From the NCBI GenBank assembly GCA_023248265.1, contig JAHFEZ010000002.1, forward strand, positions 1 through 57,178: a DNA stretch of 57,178 nt, given 5' to 3'. Of this stretch, positions 38,121-48,035 are shown piece after piece. The notes under the pieces were generated by a model, which ran no database searches, was not told the DNA's origin, and saw only the letters and a list, made by a program, of their open reading frames with translations. The DNA is from Deltaproteobacteria bacterium (GTDB lineage: Bacteria; Bdellovibrionota; JACOXK01; 2-02-FULL-40-11). Every line of letters starts with the position of its first letter. Positions within the stretch are counted from its first letter, which is position 1. The translations under genes and the position numbers were made by a program.

Positions 38121-39128
38121 TCATATGGTTTTATTAAAGAAAACTTCATTTTTCACTTTTTTCACTCGAACCCCCTCCGGAAGCACCAGGGTCTTTTGAG
38201 ACACAGCATTTAAAAAGAGCTTTCGATTCTCCTCCACATGGGAGCTGGTAAAGTTTCTCTGAGGTGAAAGTTTTTCTAATGTATTTTTAATAATACGTCT
38301 TTGAAGGGCCATAGGTAAACCCAAAAAGTCTTTGGTTCCAATCACATAGCCATTTTTATGGATACCCACAAACTGCCTTTCCCACTCTTTTGCCACACGT
38401 TTTAAAAACTCATGTTCGGACTTTAAAACCGTCACCATTCTAGGGAGCGTCTTTAAAATATTCCATTCTGGGAAGGTTTTTTTGAGATAAGGCAAGAGCT
38501 TAAGTCGCACCTTATTTCTTAAAAATAGATGAGAAGCATTGGTTTCATCGGTTAAAAAAGAAATTTTTTGGCTTTTTAAATACTGCTGGATGTCTTCTTT
38601 GGTGACCGCCAGCAAAGGTCGAATCATATTTCCTTCAGAGGCACTCATTCCTGAAAGACCTCCAAGCCCACTGCCCTTTAAAAGAGCTATAAAAAAAGTT
38701 TCAACCTGATCATCCCTATGATGCGCCACTGCAATTTTAGCAAGATAAGAGCGGGGATCCATTTGTTGTGCTTCTTTTTGTAAAAATGAATAGCGAACTT
38801 TCCTGGCGATTTCTTCCGTGGAAAGTTTTGTATTTTCTTTTAGGCGTTTACAATCGGCAGAGCCTTGTACAAAAGGAAATCCCATTTCTTTTGCTAAGCG
38901 CTCCACAAAGTGAGCTTCTTTTTTGGCAGCTGCTCGCAACCCATGATCAAAATAAGCTACTTTCACATTCCAATTTCTGGCCTTGGCCCATTTGGAAAGA
39001 AGCATGAGAAGACATACCGAATCCGGCCCGCCAGAAACCGCCACCACGACCGAATCTCCTGGTAAAATCAGTTTCTGGTCTGAAATAAATTTTAGAACTT
39101 TTAATTCGAATTGTTTTTGAAAAACCAC
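38121..39128 (-). CDS. tilS: tRNA(Ile)-lysidine synthase
   Basis: PP-loop VAVSGGPDS. The gene lies upstream of ftsH, as in many bacteria. It starts with GTG. Confidence 0.85.
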   Translation of the reverse strand: MVFQKQFELKVLKFISDQKLILPGDSVVVAVSGGPDSVCLLMLLSKWAKARNWNVKVAYFDHGLRAAAKKEAHFVERLAKEMGFPFVQGSADCKRLKENTKLSTEEIARKVRYSFLQKEAQQMDPRSYLAKIAVAHHRDDQVETFFIALLKGSGLGGLSGMSASEGNMIRPLLAVTKEDIQQYLKSQKISFLTDETNASHLFLRNKVRLKLLPYLKKTFPEWNILKTLPRMVTVLKSEHEFLKRVAKEWERQFVGIHKNGYVIGTKDFLGLPMALQRRIIKNTLEKLSPQRNFTSSHVEENRKLFLNAVSQKTLVLPEGVRVKKVKNEVFFNKTI

Positions 39129-39204
39129 ATGTGTGTTTTAGTCGTAAAGAGCTTGATTTGTCAACCCAGACAAAAGCTCAAAACAATTGAGTGTACTTCG
39201 GTTT

Positions 39205-39588
39205 CTACTTCAGCATTTGTTCAATGACTTTGATAAATTCTTCTGCTCTTTTAAGCTGATCTTTGACTTCCTCTTCCTCAGTATCCCAGGTTAATTCATA
39301 ATCGGCGAGGTTTCTGGTTCTAAAAGCATTAGATAAAGTTAAATAATGTTCTTTATCTACTTTCCCATTTTTTACAAAATGTTCATTGAATTTTTGGATT
39401 GTTGTTGCATGTCGCTTTGTTTGGATCCCAATACTTTCTAATGCAGCACCGGCAGCATAAAAAATTGCATAATAAGATTTTGAAAGACTATCTGTAAAAA
39501 ATTGGGCCTCATAAACGATTTTGGCGACTTTCAATGCTTGGTGAGCTCTCTTTAAGCGAAGAGAAACACGAGAGTCTAGGCTGCCCAA
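39205..39588 (-). CDS. HEPN-domain protein (putative toxin of an MNT/HEPN pair)
   Basis: This 127-aa helical protein has a PF05168-like pattern (...YYAIFYAAGAAL...FRTRNLADYE...). It overlaps the upstream nucleotidyltransferase gene by 13 nt. Only a TTG start is available. Confidence 0.6.
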   Translation of the reverse strand: MGSLDSRVSLRLKRAHQALKVAKIVYEAQFFTDSLSKSYYAIFYAAGAALESIGIQTKRHATTIQKFNEHFVKNGKVDKEHYLTLSNAFRTRNLADYELTWDTEEEEVKDQLKRAEEFIKVIEQMLK

Positions 39589-39917
39589 AGCTCTTGTCCT
39601 TCTTTTTTTATGCTTTCAGATAGAGTGGCTTCTCCCATTTGAATTCGTTGATATAAAGATTCATTTATAACAAGTAAAGAGAAAATGATTTTACAATTAT
39701 ATTTCCACTCAACTTGACAAGCTAAATCCAGTAGTGGGTAGAGATTTTCTTTTTGATGTTTTACCACGCAAAGAATGTCAATATCAGACTCCTCTGAATA
39801 GGTTCCTCTTGCCAAAGATCCGAATAAAATAAAATGAAGGACGTCTTTAGAAAGCTCCTTTCCTTTTATTTTTTTTATTAAGTCTTCTACAGCTTTATGA
39901 GCAATTTCCTTATTCAT
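39576..39917 (-). CDS. minimal nucleotidyltransferase (MNT) domain protein (putative antitoxin)
   Basis: The GSLARGTYSEESDIDIL motif (GS-x10-DxD) is present. The ATG at 39917 is preferred. The track TTG at 40028 would abut the upstream gene. Confidence 0.65.
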   Translation of the reverse strand: MNKEIAHKAVEDLIKKIKGKELSKDVLHFILFGSLARGTYSEESDIDILCVVKHQKENLYPLLDLACQVEWKYNCKIIFSLLVINESLYQRIQMGEATLSESIKKEGQELWAA

Positions 39918-40032
39918 ATCTGTACAAATAGTAACAGATGGGATGTGCAAAATCAAATGCTTCAAAAGCTCAAAACGATTCCCCAAAAGTTTTTTCTGCT
40001 CTCCCCTCCGTGCCCTAATTAAATCCAAATTC

Positions 40033-41355
40033 CTACTTGTCTATAGGAATCTCACGATAAACAGGCACCTTAAAATCATCCACATCGCTAACTTCAATAA
40101 CTGGAATTTTTCTATCATAATCAACCACGGTGCCTTTGATGCCCACAACTTGTCCCGCATATTTTTCAAATACTCCAATGTCAGATTTTAAAATATATTG
40201 CACGTGTCCATTTTCACTGACTTCATATGCTCCTTTGCGATGCATATGCCATGCTCGACGATTAATATTCCCAATAGCCTGATAGTGTTGTCGTTCGGAC
40301 TCTAGAAGTGGCACTCTTTTCTCAAGAGTTTTTTCATAAAGAGTATCGACTTCATAGACAGGCCTTCCATCTTCGGCTATAAGCTCATCCTTATCTTGCC
40401 ATCTCAAATGTCCACTAAAAGCCACCTCTTTCCCTTCTAAGCTCTTTAAATCGTAAGTTTCACTTGTAATAGGAAAAATTGTTTGCTCATCAAATTGAAT
40501 AACATAGGATGTTTTTCCACCTAAAAATTTCCGTCGCGTCTTGATGGATCCTATGCCATCTATATTTGTTCCTATCTGATCTTTCGTAGTCTCTACCTGA
40601 TGAATGTATTTTTTTGCCATCTTAAATTTCTCTAAAATATTCATTCGAAAAAGAAAAACAGGAGTTTCGCCTAAGCGCACTTCGCGAATTCCCTCTTTAG
40701 TTTTAAAGTTAAAGGGCTCAAAATGAAATATTCCATTCTCCCAACTTATTTTTTTTCTATGGGGCATATTGGGATCATAAATCTCAAAAGTAATCTTATC
40801 ATCACTAAAAATTTCGGCCCCACTTACCAAAACAGCATGATTAATCTTTTTTCCACCCTGTTCTCCATTCCCATCTATCATTAAGACAATACTTTCACCT
40901 TGCCTCAAGTGTTTGAGCATCTCTTGAACTATTTCTTTTTCTGTTAAAGAAAATCCAAAAATATCAGGAAATCGCCTCACATCAAATGTCTGCTTACAAT
41001 TAAGATCAAAACTGTACTCTTTCAAAAAAGACAACAACACATCAGAATAATTGACAGAGAGCTCCTCTACATTCCAAAAACCTGAAATAACAATAGGCAG
41101 TTCTGTACATTCTAAACTTTCCAACGATTTTCTCACATCTTCTTTGGACATACGCTTTTCAAAAGGCTTAAATTGAATGAGTTTTGCTTGAACCGCATGT
41201 TCCAACATGGACATTCCAAGGCAGTTCCCTCCTACCTCAAAATTATCCAAATCTAGAATATCTTGAGAAGGCAAATCCACGGTAATCTTTTCAGAAGCAT
41301 AGGCTAACGATAAAAAATAGAATCCTAAAGACAGAAATAAAAAGATCTTTTTCAT
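40033..41355 (-). CDS. secreted protein with possible papain-fold Cys-His-Asp peptidase domain and beta-rich C-terminal half
   Basis: Signal peptide MKKIFLFLSLGFYFLSLAYA. Candidate catalytic residues are GGNC45LGMS, INH173AVLV and YD194PN, with spacing typical of papain-like enzymes. The gene starts 22 nt after the cusA stop. Confidence 0.4.
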   Translation of the reverse strand: MKKIFLFLSLGFYFLSLAYASEKITVDLPSQDILDLDNFEVGGNCLGMSMLEHAVQAKLIQFKPFEKRMSKEDVRKSLESLECTELPIVISGFWNVEELSVNYSDVLLSFLKEYSFDLNCKQTFDVRRFPDIFGFSLTEKEIVQEMLKHLRQGESIVLMIDGNGEQGGKKINHAVLVSGAEIFSDDKITFEIYDPNMPHRKKISWENGIFHFEPFNFKTKEGIREVRLGETPVFLFRMNILEKFKMAKKYIHQVETTKDQIGTNIDGIGSIKTRRKFLGGKTSYVIQFDEQTIFPITSETYDLKSLEGKEVAFSGHLRWQDKDELIAEDGRPVYEVDTLYEKTLEKRVPLLESERQHYQAIGNINRRAWHMHRKGAYEVSENGHVQYILKSDIGVFEKYAGQVVGIKGTVVDYDRKIPVIEVSDVDDFKVPVYREIPIDK

Positions 41356-41377
41356 CCATCTTTATTATCGGCTCTTT

Positions 41378-44300
41378 TTAGGAAATGCTTGACCTACTTA
41401 ACCCCTTAGATTTCCACAAATAATAAATCACAGGATAGACGAGGAGTTCCAAAATAAAACTGGTGGCAAGGCCACCGACCATAGGCGCAGCCACACGTTT
41501 CATCATGTCACTGCCTGTCCCCATGGACCACATAATGGGAAGAAGCCCCATAAAGGCAGCCATCACTGTCATCATTTTGGGACGAATTCTTTTCACAGCA
41601 CCTTCAATAATGGCGGATTTTAAATCCGCATCCGTTTTAAGAGCGCCTGCTTTTATTCGATCTTCATAGGCGATATCCAAATACATAAGCATAAAGACAC
41701 CCGTCTCGGCATCGAGCCCCATAAGCGCAATCATCCCCACCCAAACTGCTATCGACATATGATAGCCCAATAGATACAGTAACCACACGCCTCCCACGAG
41801 AGAAAAAGGCACGGCTAACATAATAATACCCGTCTTAGCCATGGATTTTGTATTCATGTAGAGAAGTAAAAAGATAATAAAAAGAGTGACAGGGACAACC
41901 ACTTTTAATCTTTCTTTCACCCGAATCATATTTTCATATTGACCACTCCATACAAGACTGTAGCCAGCAGGTACTTGAACTTTGGATTGAACACGTTTTT
42001 TTGCTTCTGTGACATACCCTCCAATGTCGCGCCCCGCCATATCCACGTACACATACCCGGCCAAAAGCCCATTTTCATTTCGAATCATTGCAGGCCCCTT
42101 GACCATTTTAATATCGGCAAGTTGCGCCATAGGGATATGGGCACCCGTGGGTGTTGGCACCAATACTCTTTTTAATACATCCACATCATCTCGGAATTCA
42201 CGCGAATATCGAACACTGATGGGATAGCGCTCTCGCCCTTCAATAGTCGTTGAAATATTTTCTCCACCCACCGCAGAGTTAATAATCATCTGAGCATCGC
42301 TGATTGAAATCCCATAGCGCGCCAACTCATCTCGTTTTAAAATAAAATCTAAATAATACCCCTCTGCACTTCGTTCGGCATACACATTTCGTGTTCCAGC
42401 AATGTCATGCATCACTCCCTCTATTTTTTCACTAATGGATTGAATCACATTAAGATCTGCCCCCATCACTTTAATACCAATAGGGGTACGAATACCGGTA
42501 GAGAGCATATCAATGCGATTTTTAATCGGCATTGTCCAAATATTGGGGATTCCGGCAAATTTAAGTTTATCGTTCATCGCATTTTGCAACTCATCAAAAG
42601 TTCTTTTGCGATGCCCTCCCCACCATGTCTCCAAAACTTTGGGCCATGCCTCTTTAGCCTTTAAAACAACGGTTGTTTCCACCATTGAAAAAGGAGCGGG
42701 ATCCGTTGGCGTATCTGCCCGTCCTGCTTTTCCAAATACCGTAGCTACTTCTGGAAATTCTTTGAGGAGCTTATCTTGTATTTGAAGAATGCGTTGGGCT
42801 TCTGTCACAGACATCCCTGGGAAAGCTGTGGGCATATATAAATACGCTCCTTCATTTAAAGGCGGCATAAATTCGCTCCCTAAGTTCATATAGGCAAAAA
42901 TAGTCGATAAAACCAAACCAACGGCTACCAAAAGCGTTTCCTTACTGTGCTTTAATACAAAATGAACGGCAGGTTCATAATAACGGAAAAGAATCCGACT
43001 GACGGGGTGTTTTTCTTCGGGATAATATCGCCCCACTAAAAGTTGATTGCTCAGCCAACACACCCATTTGGGTTTAAACGTAAAAAAATCCATACGTGCA
43101 AACATCATTCGGATGGCAGGATCAACCGTAACCGCCAAAAGAGCAGCCAATGCCATGGCCAGCGTTTTTGAAATGGCTAGAGGAGTAAAAAGACGTCCTT
43201 CCTGATCCACAAGTGTAAAAATAGGCAAAAAAGAAACAGAAATTACAAGGAGTGAAAAAAAGACAGACGGCCCCACTTGTTTTAAAGCCTCAAGTCTCAC
43301 CGTATGAAAACTCCCTTTTCTCCCAGTGGAGTTCCAAATTTCTAGTTTCTTATAGGCATTCTCCACTTCCACAATCGCACCATCCACCAATACCCCGATA
43401 GAAATAGCAATCCCTGCCAAAGACATAATATTGGTTGTCACTCTCATAAAATACATGGGAATAAAGGCCAAAAACACAGAGATAGGAATGGTAATAATAG
43501 GGACAAACGCAGATGGGAAATGCCACAAAAAGAGTAAGATCACGAGACTTACAATAATAACTTCTAATTTTAGTTCATGTTTTAAGGTATCGATGGATCT
43601 TTTGATCAGATCAGAACGATCATACGTTGAAACAAGTCGAACTCCCTTGGGAAGGGAAGGCTTGAGTTCTTCAATTCGGGTTTTGATTCTATTAATGACA
43701 TTTAGAGCGTTTTCTCCTTGTCGCATAATGACAATCCCACCCACGGCATTTCCTAATCCATTAAAGTCTGCCACGCCTCGTCTCATGTCTGGCCCTATTT
43801 CAACAGAAGCAACATTTTTAACAAGAATGGGCACACTTGTTTTAGAGTCTGTCGCAACCACAATTTTTTCTATATCTGAAATATTTTTAATGTAGCCTCT
43901 TCCTCGAACCATGTATTCTGTCCCAGAAAATTCCAGGACACGTCCGCCGGTATCGCTGTTGCCAGCCCGAATGGCATTCATCACTTGGGTCAAGGTAATG
44001 TTATAAGAAAAAAGTCTATTGGGATCGACATGAACTTGGTATTGCTTCACAAATCCACCCACAGAAGCCACTTCAGAAACACCCGGCACAGATTGAAGAT
44101 GAAATTTAAGCTGCCAATCTTGTATGCTTTTGAGTTGAGCAATATTTAAAGTATTTGAATCATCTAAAATGACATATTGATACACCCACCCCACACTGGT
44201 TGCATCCGGACCTATTTCTGTTTTAACTTCCGAAGGCAGCCGAGAAAGAATTTTACTCAAATACTCTAGCACTCGGCTTCTCGCCCAATAAAGATTGGTT

Positions 44301-44596
44301 CCATCCTCAAAAATGACATAGACATAAGAAAAACCAAAATCGGATATTCCACGAATCGCTTTAATTTTTGGTGCCCCCAAAAGAGCGGTTACAATAGGAT
44401 AGGTGACTTGATCTTCAATGATGTCGGGTGAACGATCCCATTTAGAATAAATAATCACTTGTGTATCAGAAAGATCTGGAATCGCATCCAAGGGAATATT
44501 TTTCACCGCCCAGGATGCCCCCAGTATCGCCACCCCCGTCACCAAGATGACGAAGAATTTATTGTGGGCGCTAAATTCGATAATGCGATGGATCAT
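41378..44596 (-). CDS. cusA: heavy-metal efflux RND permease, CusA/CzcA family
   Basis: The protein is 1072 aa with a 12-TM RND architecture and an HME-type N-terminus (MIHRIIEFSAHNKFFV). It overlaps cusB by 4 nt. Confidence 0.85.
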   Translation of the reverse strand: MIHRIIEFSAHNKFFVILVTGVAILGASWAVKNIPLDAIPDLSDTQVIIYSKWDRSPDIIEDQVTYPIVTALLGAPKIKAIRGISDFGFSYVYVIFEDGTNLYWARSRVLEYLSKILSRLPSEVKTEIGPDATSVGWVYQYVILDDSNTLNIAQLKSIQDWQLKFHLQSVPGVSEVASVGGFVKQYQVHVDPNRLFSYNITLTQVMNAIRAGNSDTGGRVLEFSGTEYMVRGRGYIKNISDIEKIVVATDSKTSVPILVKNVASVEIGPDMRRGVADFNGLGNAVGGIVIMRQGENALNVINRIKTRIEELKPSLPKGVRLVSTYDRSDLIKRSIDTLKHELKLEVIIVSLVILLFLWHFPSAFVPIITIPISVFLAFIPMYFMRVTTNIMSLAGIAISIGVLVDGAIVEVENAYKKLEIWNSTGRKGSFHTVRLEALKQVGPSVFFSLLVISVSFLPIFTLVDQEGRLFTPLAISKTLAMALAALLAVTVDPAIRMMFARMDFFTFKPKWVCWLSNQLLVGRYYPEEKHPVSRILFRYYEPAVHFVLKHSKETLLVAVGLVLSTIFAYMNLGSEFMPPLNEGAYLYMPTAFPGMSVTEAQRILQIQDKLLKEFPEVATVFGKAGRADTPTDPAPFSMVETTVVLKAKEAWPKVLETWWGGHRKRTFDELQNAMNDKLKFAGIPNIWTMPIKNRIDMLSTGIRTPIGIKVMGADLNVIQSISEKIEGVMHDIAGTRNVYAERSAEGYYLDFILKRDELARYGISISDAQMIINSAVGGENISTTIEGRERYPISVRYSREFRDDVDVLKRVLVPTPTGAHIPMAQLADIKMVKGPAMIRNENGLLAGYVYVDMAGRDIGGYVTEAKKRVQSKVQVPAGYSLVWSGQYENMIRVKERLKVVVPVTLFIIFLLLYMNTKSMAKTGIIMLAVPFSLVGGVWLLYLLGYHMSIAVWVGMIALMGLDAETGVFMLMYLDIAYEDRIKAGALKTDADLKSAIIEGAVKRIRPKMMTVMAAFMGLLPIMWSMGTGSDMMKRVAAPMVGGLATSFILELLVYPVIYYLWKSKGLSRSSIS

Positions 44597-45729
44597 TTAT
44601 GCCCTCCATGTCCCTCATGTCCAGGCGGAGGAGGTGCAGGGGCTTCTTCTTTGCCTTGTTGTTGAATATTTTTGAGAGCATTTCTAAGCCGTGATTCAGA
44701 ATCAATTAAAAAGTTAGCTGCCGTCACAACGGTTTCTCCTTCCGAAAGACCTGATAGAATTTCATAGTACTCTTGAGTTTTAACCCCTACTTTTACCATT
44801 CGAGGCTCAAAAATTCCTTGTTCTTTGACCACAAATACAAAATTTTGATCTCCCGAATGAAGTACGGAATCTAGAGGCACCGCCAATCGTTTCCCAAATT
44901 CAATTTTAATTCTAACATTTACAAACGTATCCGGCCTGAGCACTTCTTCTGGATCTGGAACTTCTCCACGAACACGAAACGTTCGGGTATTGGTATTTAA
45001 AACAGGACTAATGCTAGACACTATTCCCGTAAAAGTTTTTCCAGGCAAAGAGGGAGCTTGTGCTTCAAGTGCTTGCCCTTGCTTAAGCCCTGAAATTTCA
45101 TACTCAAACACTTCTGCATAAATCCACACCGTCCCTTTGGGTAAAAGAAGATTCATGGGATTTGTATGTTTATCTGCCAAGGCATTCAATTGTGTATCTG
45201 CCAGGCCCATCAGTTTTAATTTTGTTTTTGAAGACATGACCATCTGATCTGCTTCTTCTTTTAAATCTTTAAACATACTTTTTTCCATTTGCTTTCTTGA
45301 CTGGAGAGCCTGGCGATATTCTTCAATCGCCGTAAAAAGATCTGGATCAAAGGCTACTTTTCCACTGGCTCTGACTTCATAACTGAGTTCTTGCAACGTG
45401 GCCTGAGTACTGGTCACACCAATCAGTTGTTGTCTTTCTTTTGAAAGCGGGAAAGAAGCCCTTCCTGAAACATCTGATGTCTCACTCTTTTTATTTTCTT
45501 TTGAAGTTACAGGTTCTCCTCCATCTGCTTTTTGAAGATCCATGCCGCAAATAGGACACCGCCCAGGATGATCCGAAGTTACCGAAGGATGCATGGGGCA
45601 AAAATACAGCGCTTTTTTGTCATGAGACGTTACAGAAGACTGATCCTGTGTTTGAGTTACAAATTTGGCACCCACGTACACACCTCCCACAATCAAAACT
45701 AAAATTAAAAAACGAAAAAACATCTTCAT
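44593..45729 (-). CDS. cusB: RND periplasmic adaptor, CusB-like, with N-terminal CxxC metal-binding module and His-rich tail
   Basis: YFCPMHPSVTSDHPGRCPICGMDL, a membrane-fusion barrel-sandwich region, and the C-terminus PPPPGHEGHGGHK. Confidence 0.8.
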   Translation of the reverse strand: MKMFFRFLILVLIVGGVYVGAKFVTQTQDQSSVTSHDKKALYFCPMHPSVTSDHPGRCPICGMDLQKADGGEPVTSKENKKSETSDVSGRASFPLSKERQQLIGVTSTQATLQELSYEVRASGKVAFDPDLFTAIEEYRQALQSRKQMEKSMFKDLKEEADQMVMSSKTKLKLMGLADTQLNALADKHTNPMNLLLPKGTVWIYAEVFEYEISGLKQGQALEAQAPSLPGKTFTGIVSSISPVLNTNTRTFRVRGEVPDPEEVLRPDTFVNVRIKIEFGKRLAVPLDSVLHSGDQNFVFVVKEQGIFEPRMVKVGVKTQEYYEILSGLSEGETVVTAANFLIDSESRLRNALKNIQQQGKEEAPAPPPPGHEGHGGHK

Positions 45730-45730
45730 T

Positions 45731-47023
45731 TTAATTTCCTCCTACCGATTCGCCCAGCAACACTTCAAGCTCGGCAAGTTTAGATTCATAATTTACCAGT
45801 GCGTCGTTATAAGCATATTCTGTTTGAAACCGACTGTTAATGATGTTGAGTAAACTTAAATACTCCAATCGGCCCGTCAGATATGAAGATTTCCCACTGG
45901 CTACCGCTTGTCTTGCTAAGGGCAAAATTCCATTTTCATATAAATCCAAACTTTGTTGAGTTTGAATAAGTTCAGAATAAGTACTACGCACGTCTTGCAC
46001 CAGTCGCGTACGCCCTTCGTAAAGCTCTGCCTCTGCTTTTGCTTTTTGGGCCTGCGCCCCTTTAACCAATTCAGATTGTTTGCTTAAAAACCAAAGCGGA
46101 ACAGACACCCCTACTTTTCCCGATACAAAATCAGTCCCTGGATCCCCCGGGCTGGGCTGCCTAAAGGTGTACCCTGCCATCACTTCAAAATCTGGAAGAT
46201 AACTTAATTTTGCATACGTTAATTTTTCCAAAGCGGCATCGCGCATGGCTTGAGAAGCCTTCAGACCAAAGTTTTTCTCCAAGGCTTTTTCCAAAGCACG
46301 TGCTTGTGTTAATTTGCTTGAGTTAAAGCTTGTTTTGGTTATTTCTTCAGGCCTGCTGTTCACCCCTCCTCCATTGCGTCCTAAAATATAATTTAATTGA
46401 GCTGTTTTTACTTTAACATCTCTCTCGTTATTTAAAAGCTCTCCAATGAGCTTTCCGGATTCTATTTGAAAATTTAAAAGTTCAGCTTGAGGAATTTTTC
46501 CAACGGCATATCTGCTTCTTGTGACTGCAATAAGCTGTCGAATCAATTTTTTTTGCTCTACAAGAATATCATGTTTTTTATACGCCAAGAAAAGCTCATA
46601 ATACGCACGCTTCACATCTCTTACAATTTGAAGCTGTGTGTGATTGAAGGCACTGTCTTTGGATTCATATTCTTTCCGCGCAGCACTTCTCATTTTTGTA
46701 AGCTTGCCCGGGAACGGAATTTTTTGACCCACACTGACTTCATTGCCCGTCATCCCAAACCGACGCGGACTTAAGGTATCCACAGGATAATCTTTGGCTT
46801 CAAAAGCAAGCATCGGATCTTCATACGTACCTGCAGGGCCTATTTGTGCTTTTTGCTGATCTGCTTCATACCGAGCCGCTTGCTTTACAGGATTGTGCTC
46901 TAAGGCTTCGTCAATCAGATCTTTGAGTTTTAAAGGCTTTTCTTCTGCAAAAGTCACCGCAAAAGACACACCCATCTCAAGAATAAGCACACACATAATT
47001 GATTTTATTTTTAAATACTTCAT
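45731..47023 (-). CDS. cusC: TolC-family outer membrane efflux protein, CusC-like
   Basis: A signal peptide starts at the ATG at 47023, preceded by AAGGAG. Two OEP repeats are present. The stop lies 1 nt before the cusB start. Confidence 0.75.
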   Translation of the reverse strand: MKYLKIKSIMCVLILEMGVSFAVTFAEEKPLKLKDLIDEALEHNPVKQAARYEADQQKAQIGPAGTYEDPMLAFEAKDYPVDTLSPRRFGMTGNEVSVGQKIPFPGKLTKMRSAARKEYESKDSAFNHTQLQIVRDVKRAYYELFLAYKKHDILVEQKKLIRQLIAVTRSRYAVGKIPQAELLNFQIESGKLIGELLNNERDVKVKTAQLNYILGRNGGGVNSRPEEITKTSFNSSKLTQARALEKALEKNFGLKASQAMRDAALEKLTYAKLSYLPDFEVMAGYTFRQPSPGDPGTDFVSGKVGVSVPLWFLSKQSELVKGAQAQKAKAEAELYEGRTRLVQDVRSTYSELIQTQQSLDLYENGILPLARQAVASGKSSYLTGRLEYLSLLNIINSRFQTEYAYNDALVNYESKLAELEVLLGESVGGN

Positions 47024-47096
47024 ACAAAAACTCCTTGAAAAAGACATACAAAAACATTTTTACGAAAAAACGAAATAGATTTTTATAAGGAAAGAA

Positions 47097-47483
47097 TTAG
47101 ATTAGAAACTGATGATAGCGAATATAAAGAGATGCATCAGACAAAGGTGGACGCAGATGAGGCGAAGAAAACCTTAAAGAATTTAAAAAAGCATCTTTGG
47201 AAACACCAAAATAGTCTACAGATAGAGCCTCTTGGCTTAGGGATGACATCTTAAAGGAAGGCAGCACGGTATCTGGCGTTTTCATCTCTTTATTAACAAC
47301 CATCGCACAGTCTTTTTGCCCACAAAAATCAACGAGAGCTTCCACCGAGGTACGAACAGAGGCCTCATTTTTAGAGCAGCAACAGCAATGCCCACTGCCG
47401 CACACTCCGGCTATGGCTTGGACCGCATTGAGCATCCAAACCGTTAAAAAGACTATGGAAATCAAATTTTTCATTCTCTTCAT
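47097..47483 (-). CDS. small secreted Cys-rich protein (GVCGSGHCCCCSK motif)
   Basis: Signal peptide MKRMKNLISIVFLTVWMLNAVQAIAG is immediately followed by C-x3-H-C-C-C-C and two further Cys residues. The gene lies directly upstream of cusC. Confidence 0.55.
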   Translation of the reverse strand: MKRMKNLISIVFLTVWMLNAVQAIAGVCGSGHCCCCSKNEASVRTSVEALVDFCGQKDCAMVVNKEMKTPDTVLPSFKMSSLSQEALSVDYFGVSKDAFLNSLRFSSPHLRPPLSDASLYIRYHQFLI

Positions 47484-47576
47484 TAAGTATCGGTTATCAC
47501 ACATAAAAACTTAAATCAACCATTCAACGTAGGCTCCTTATATAAAATTTTACCACAGTCTTTAAGAAGTGCAAAT

Positions 47577-48011
47577 TTACCTATGATATCCGACGCCAAA
47601 TTGAAAAACGAGCTCTCCTCCAAAATACGCGGTGACCATCAAAATTACGATAGCCAAAATCCAGACTCCCAAAAAAACTCTTGGCGTCATTGACGCGGGC
47701 CAAAATTTTCCCCAAAAGAGCTTCCAAGCTGAAAGAACCAAAAAAAGACCCGCTGTCACAAGCCCCAGTATCTTATGGTTATAGAGAAATTCCCAGGCAT
47801 CGGGCACATGAGGAACCGTATCTTCAGCCAAAAGGCCTAGCCCGGCAGCTGTTAGCGCCCCAAGTGTCCCTAAATATAACAGTGCCGTTGAAGCTTTGCC
47901 CAGCCACTCTTTGTGAATGATTCTATGTACTCCCTCAAAAAAGAGAGCCGTTATCAGTAACGTGATAGGAAAATGAACAGAAATAGGATGTAAGAGATAA
48001 AGCTTCACCAA
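47577..48011 (-). CDS. DUF2231-like integral membrane protein (4 TM)
   Basis: The N-terminal block LHPISVHFPITLL and four hydrophobic helices are present. It has a non-ATG (TTG/GTG) start. Confidence 0.55.
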   Translation of the reverse strand: MVKLYLLHPISVHFPITLLITALFFEGVHRIIHKEWLGKASTALLYLGTLGALTAAGLGLLAEDTVPHVPDAWEFLYNHKILGLVTAGLFLVLSAWKLFWGKFWPASMTPRVFLGVWILAIVILMVTAYFGGELVFQFGVGYHR

Positions 48012-48035
48012 AGTTAAAACACAAGAATAATTTCC

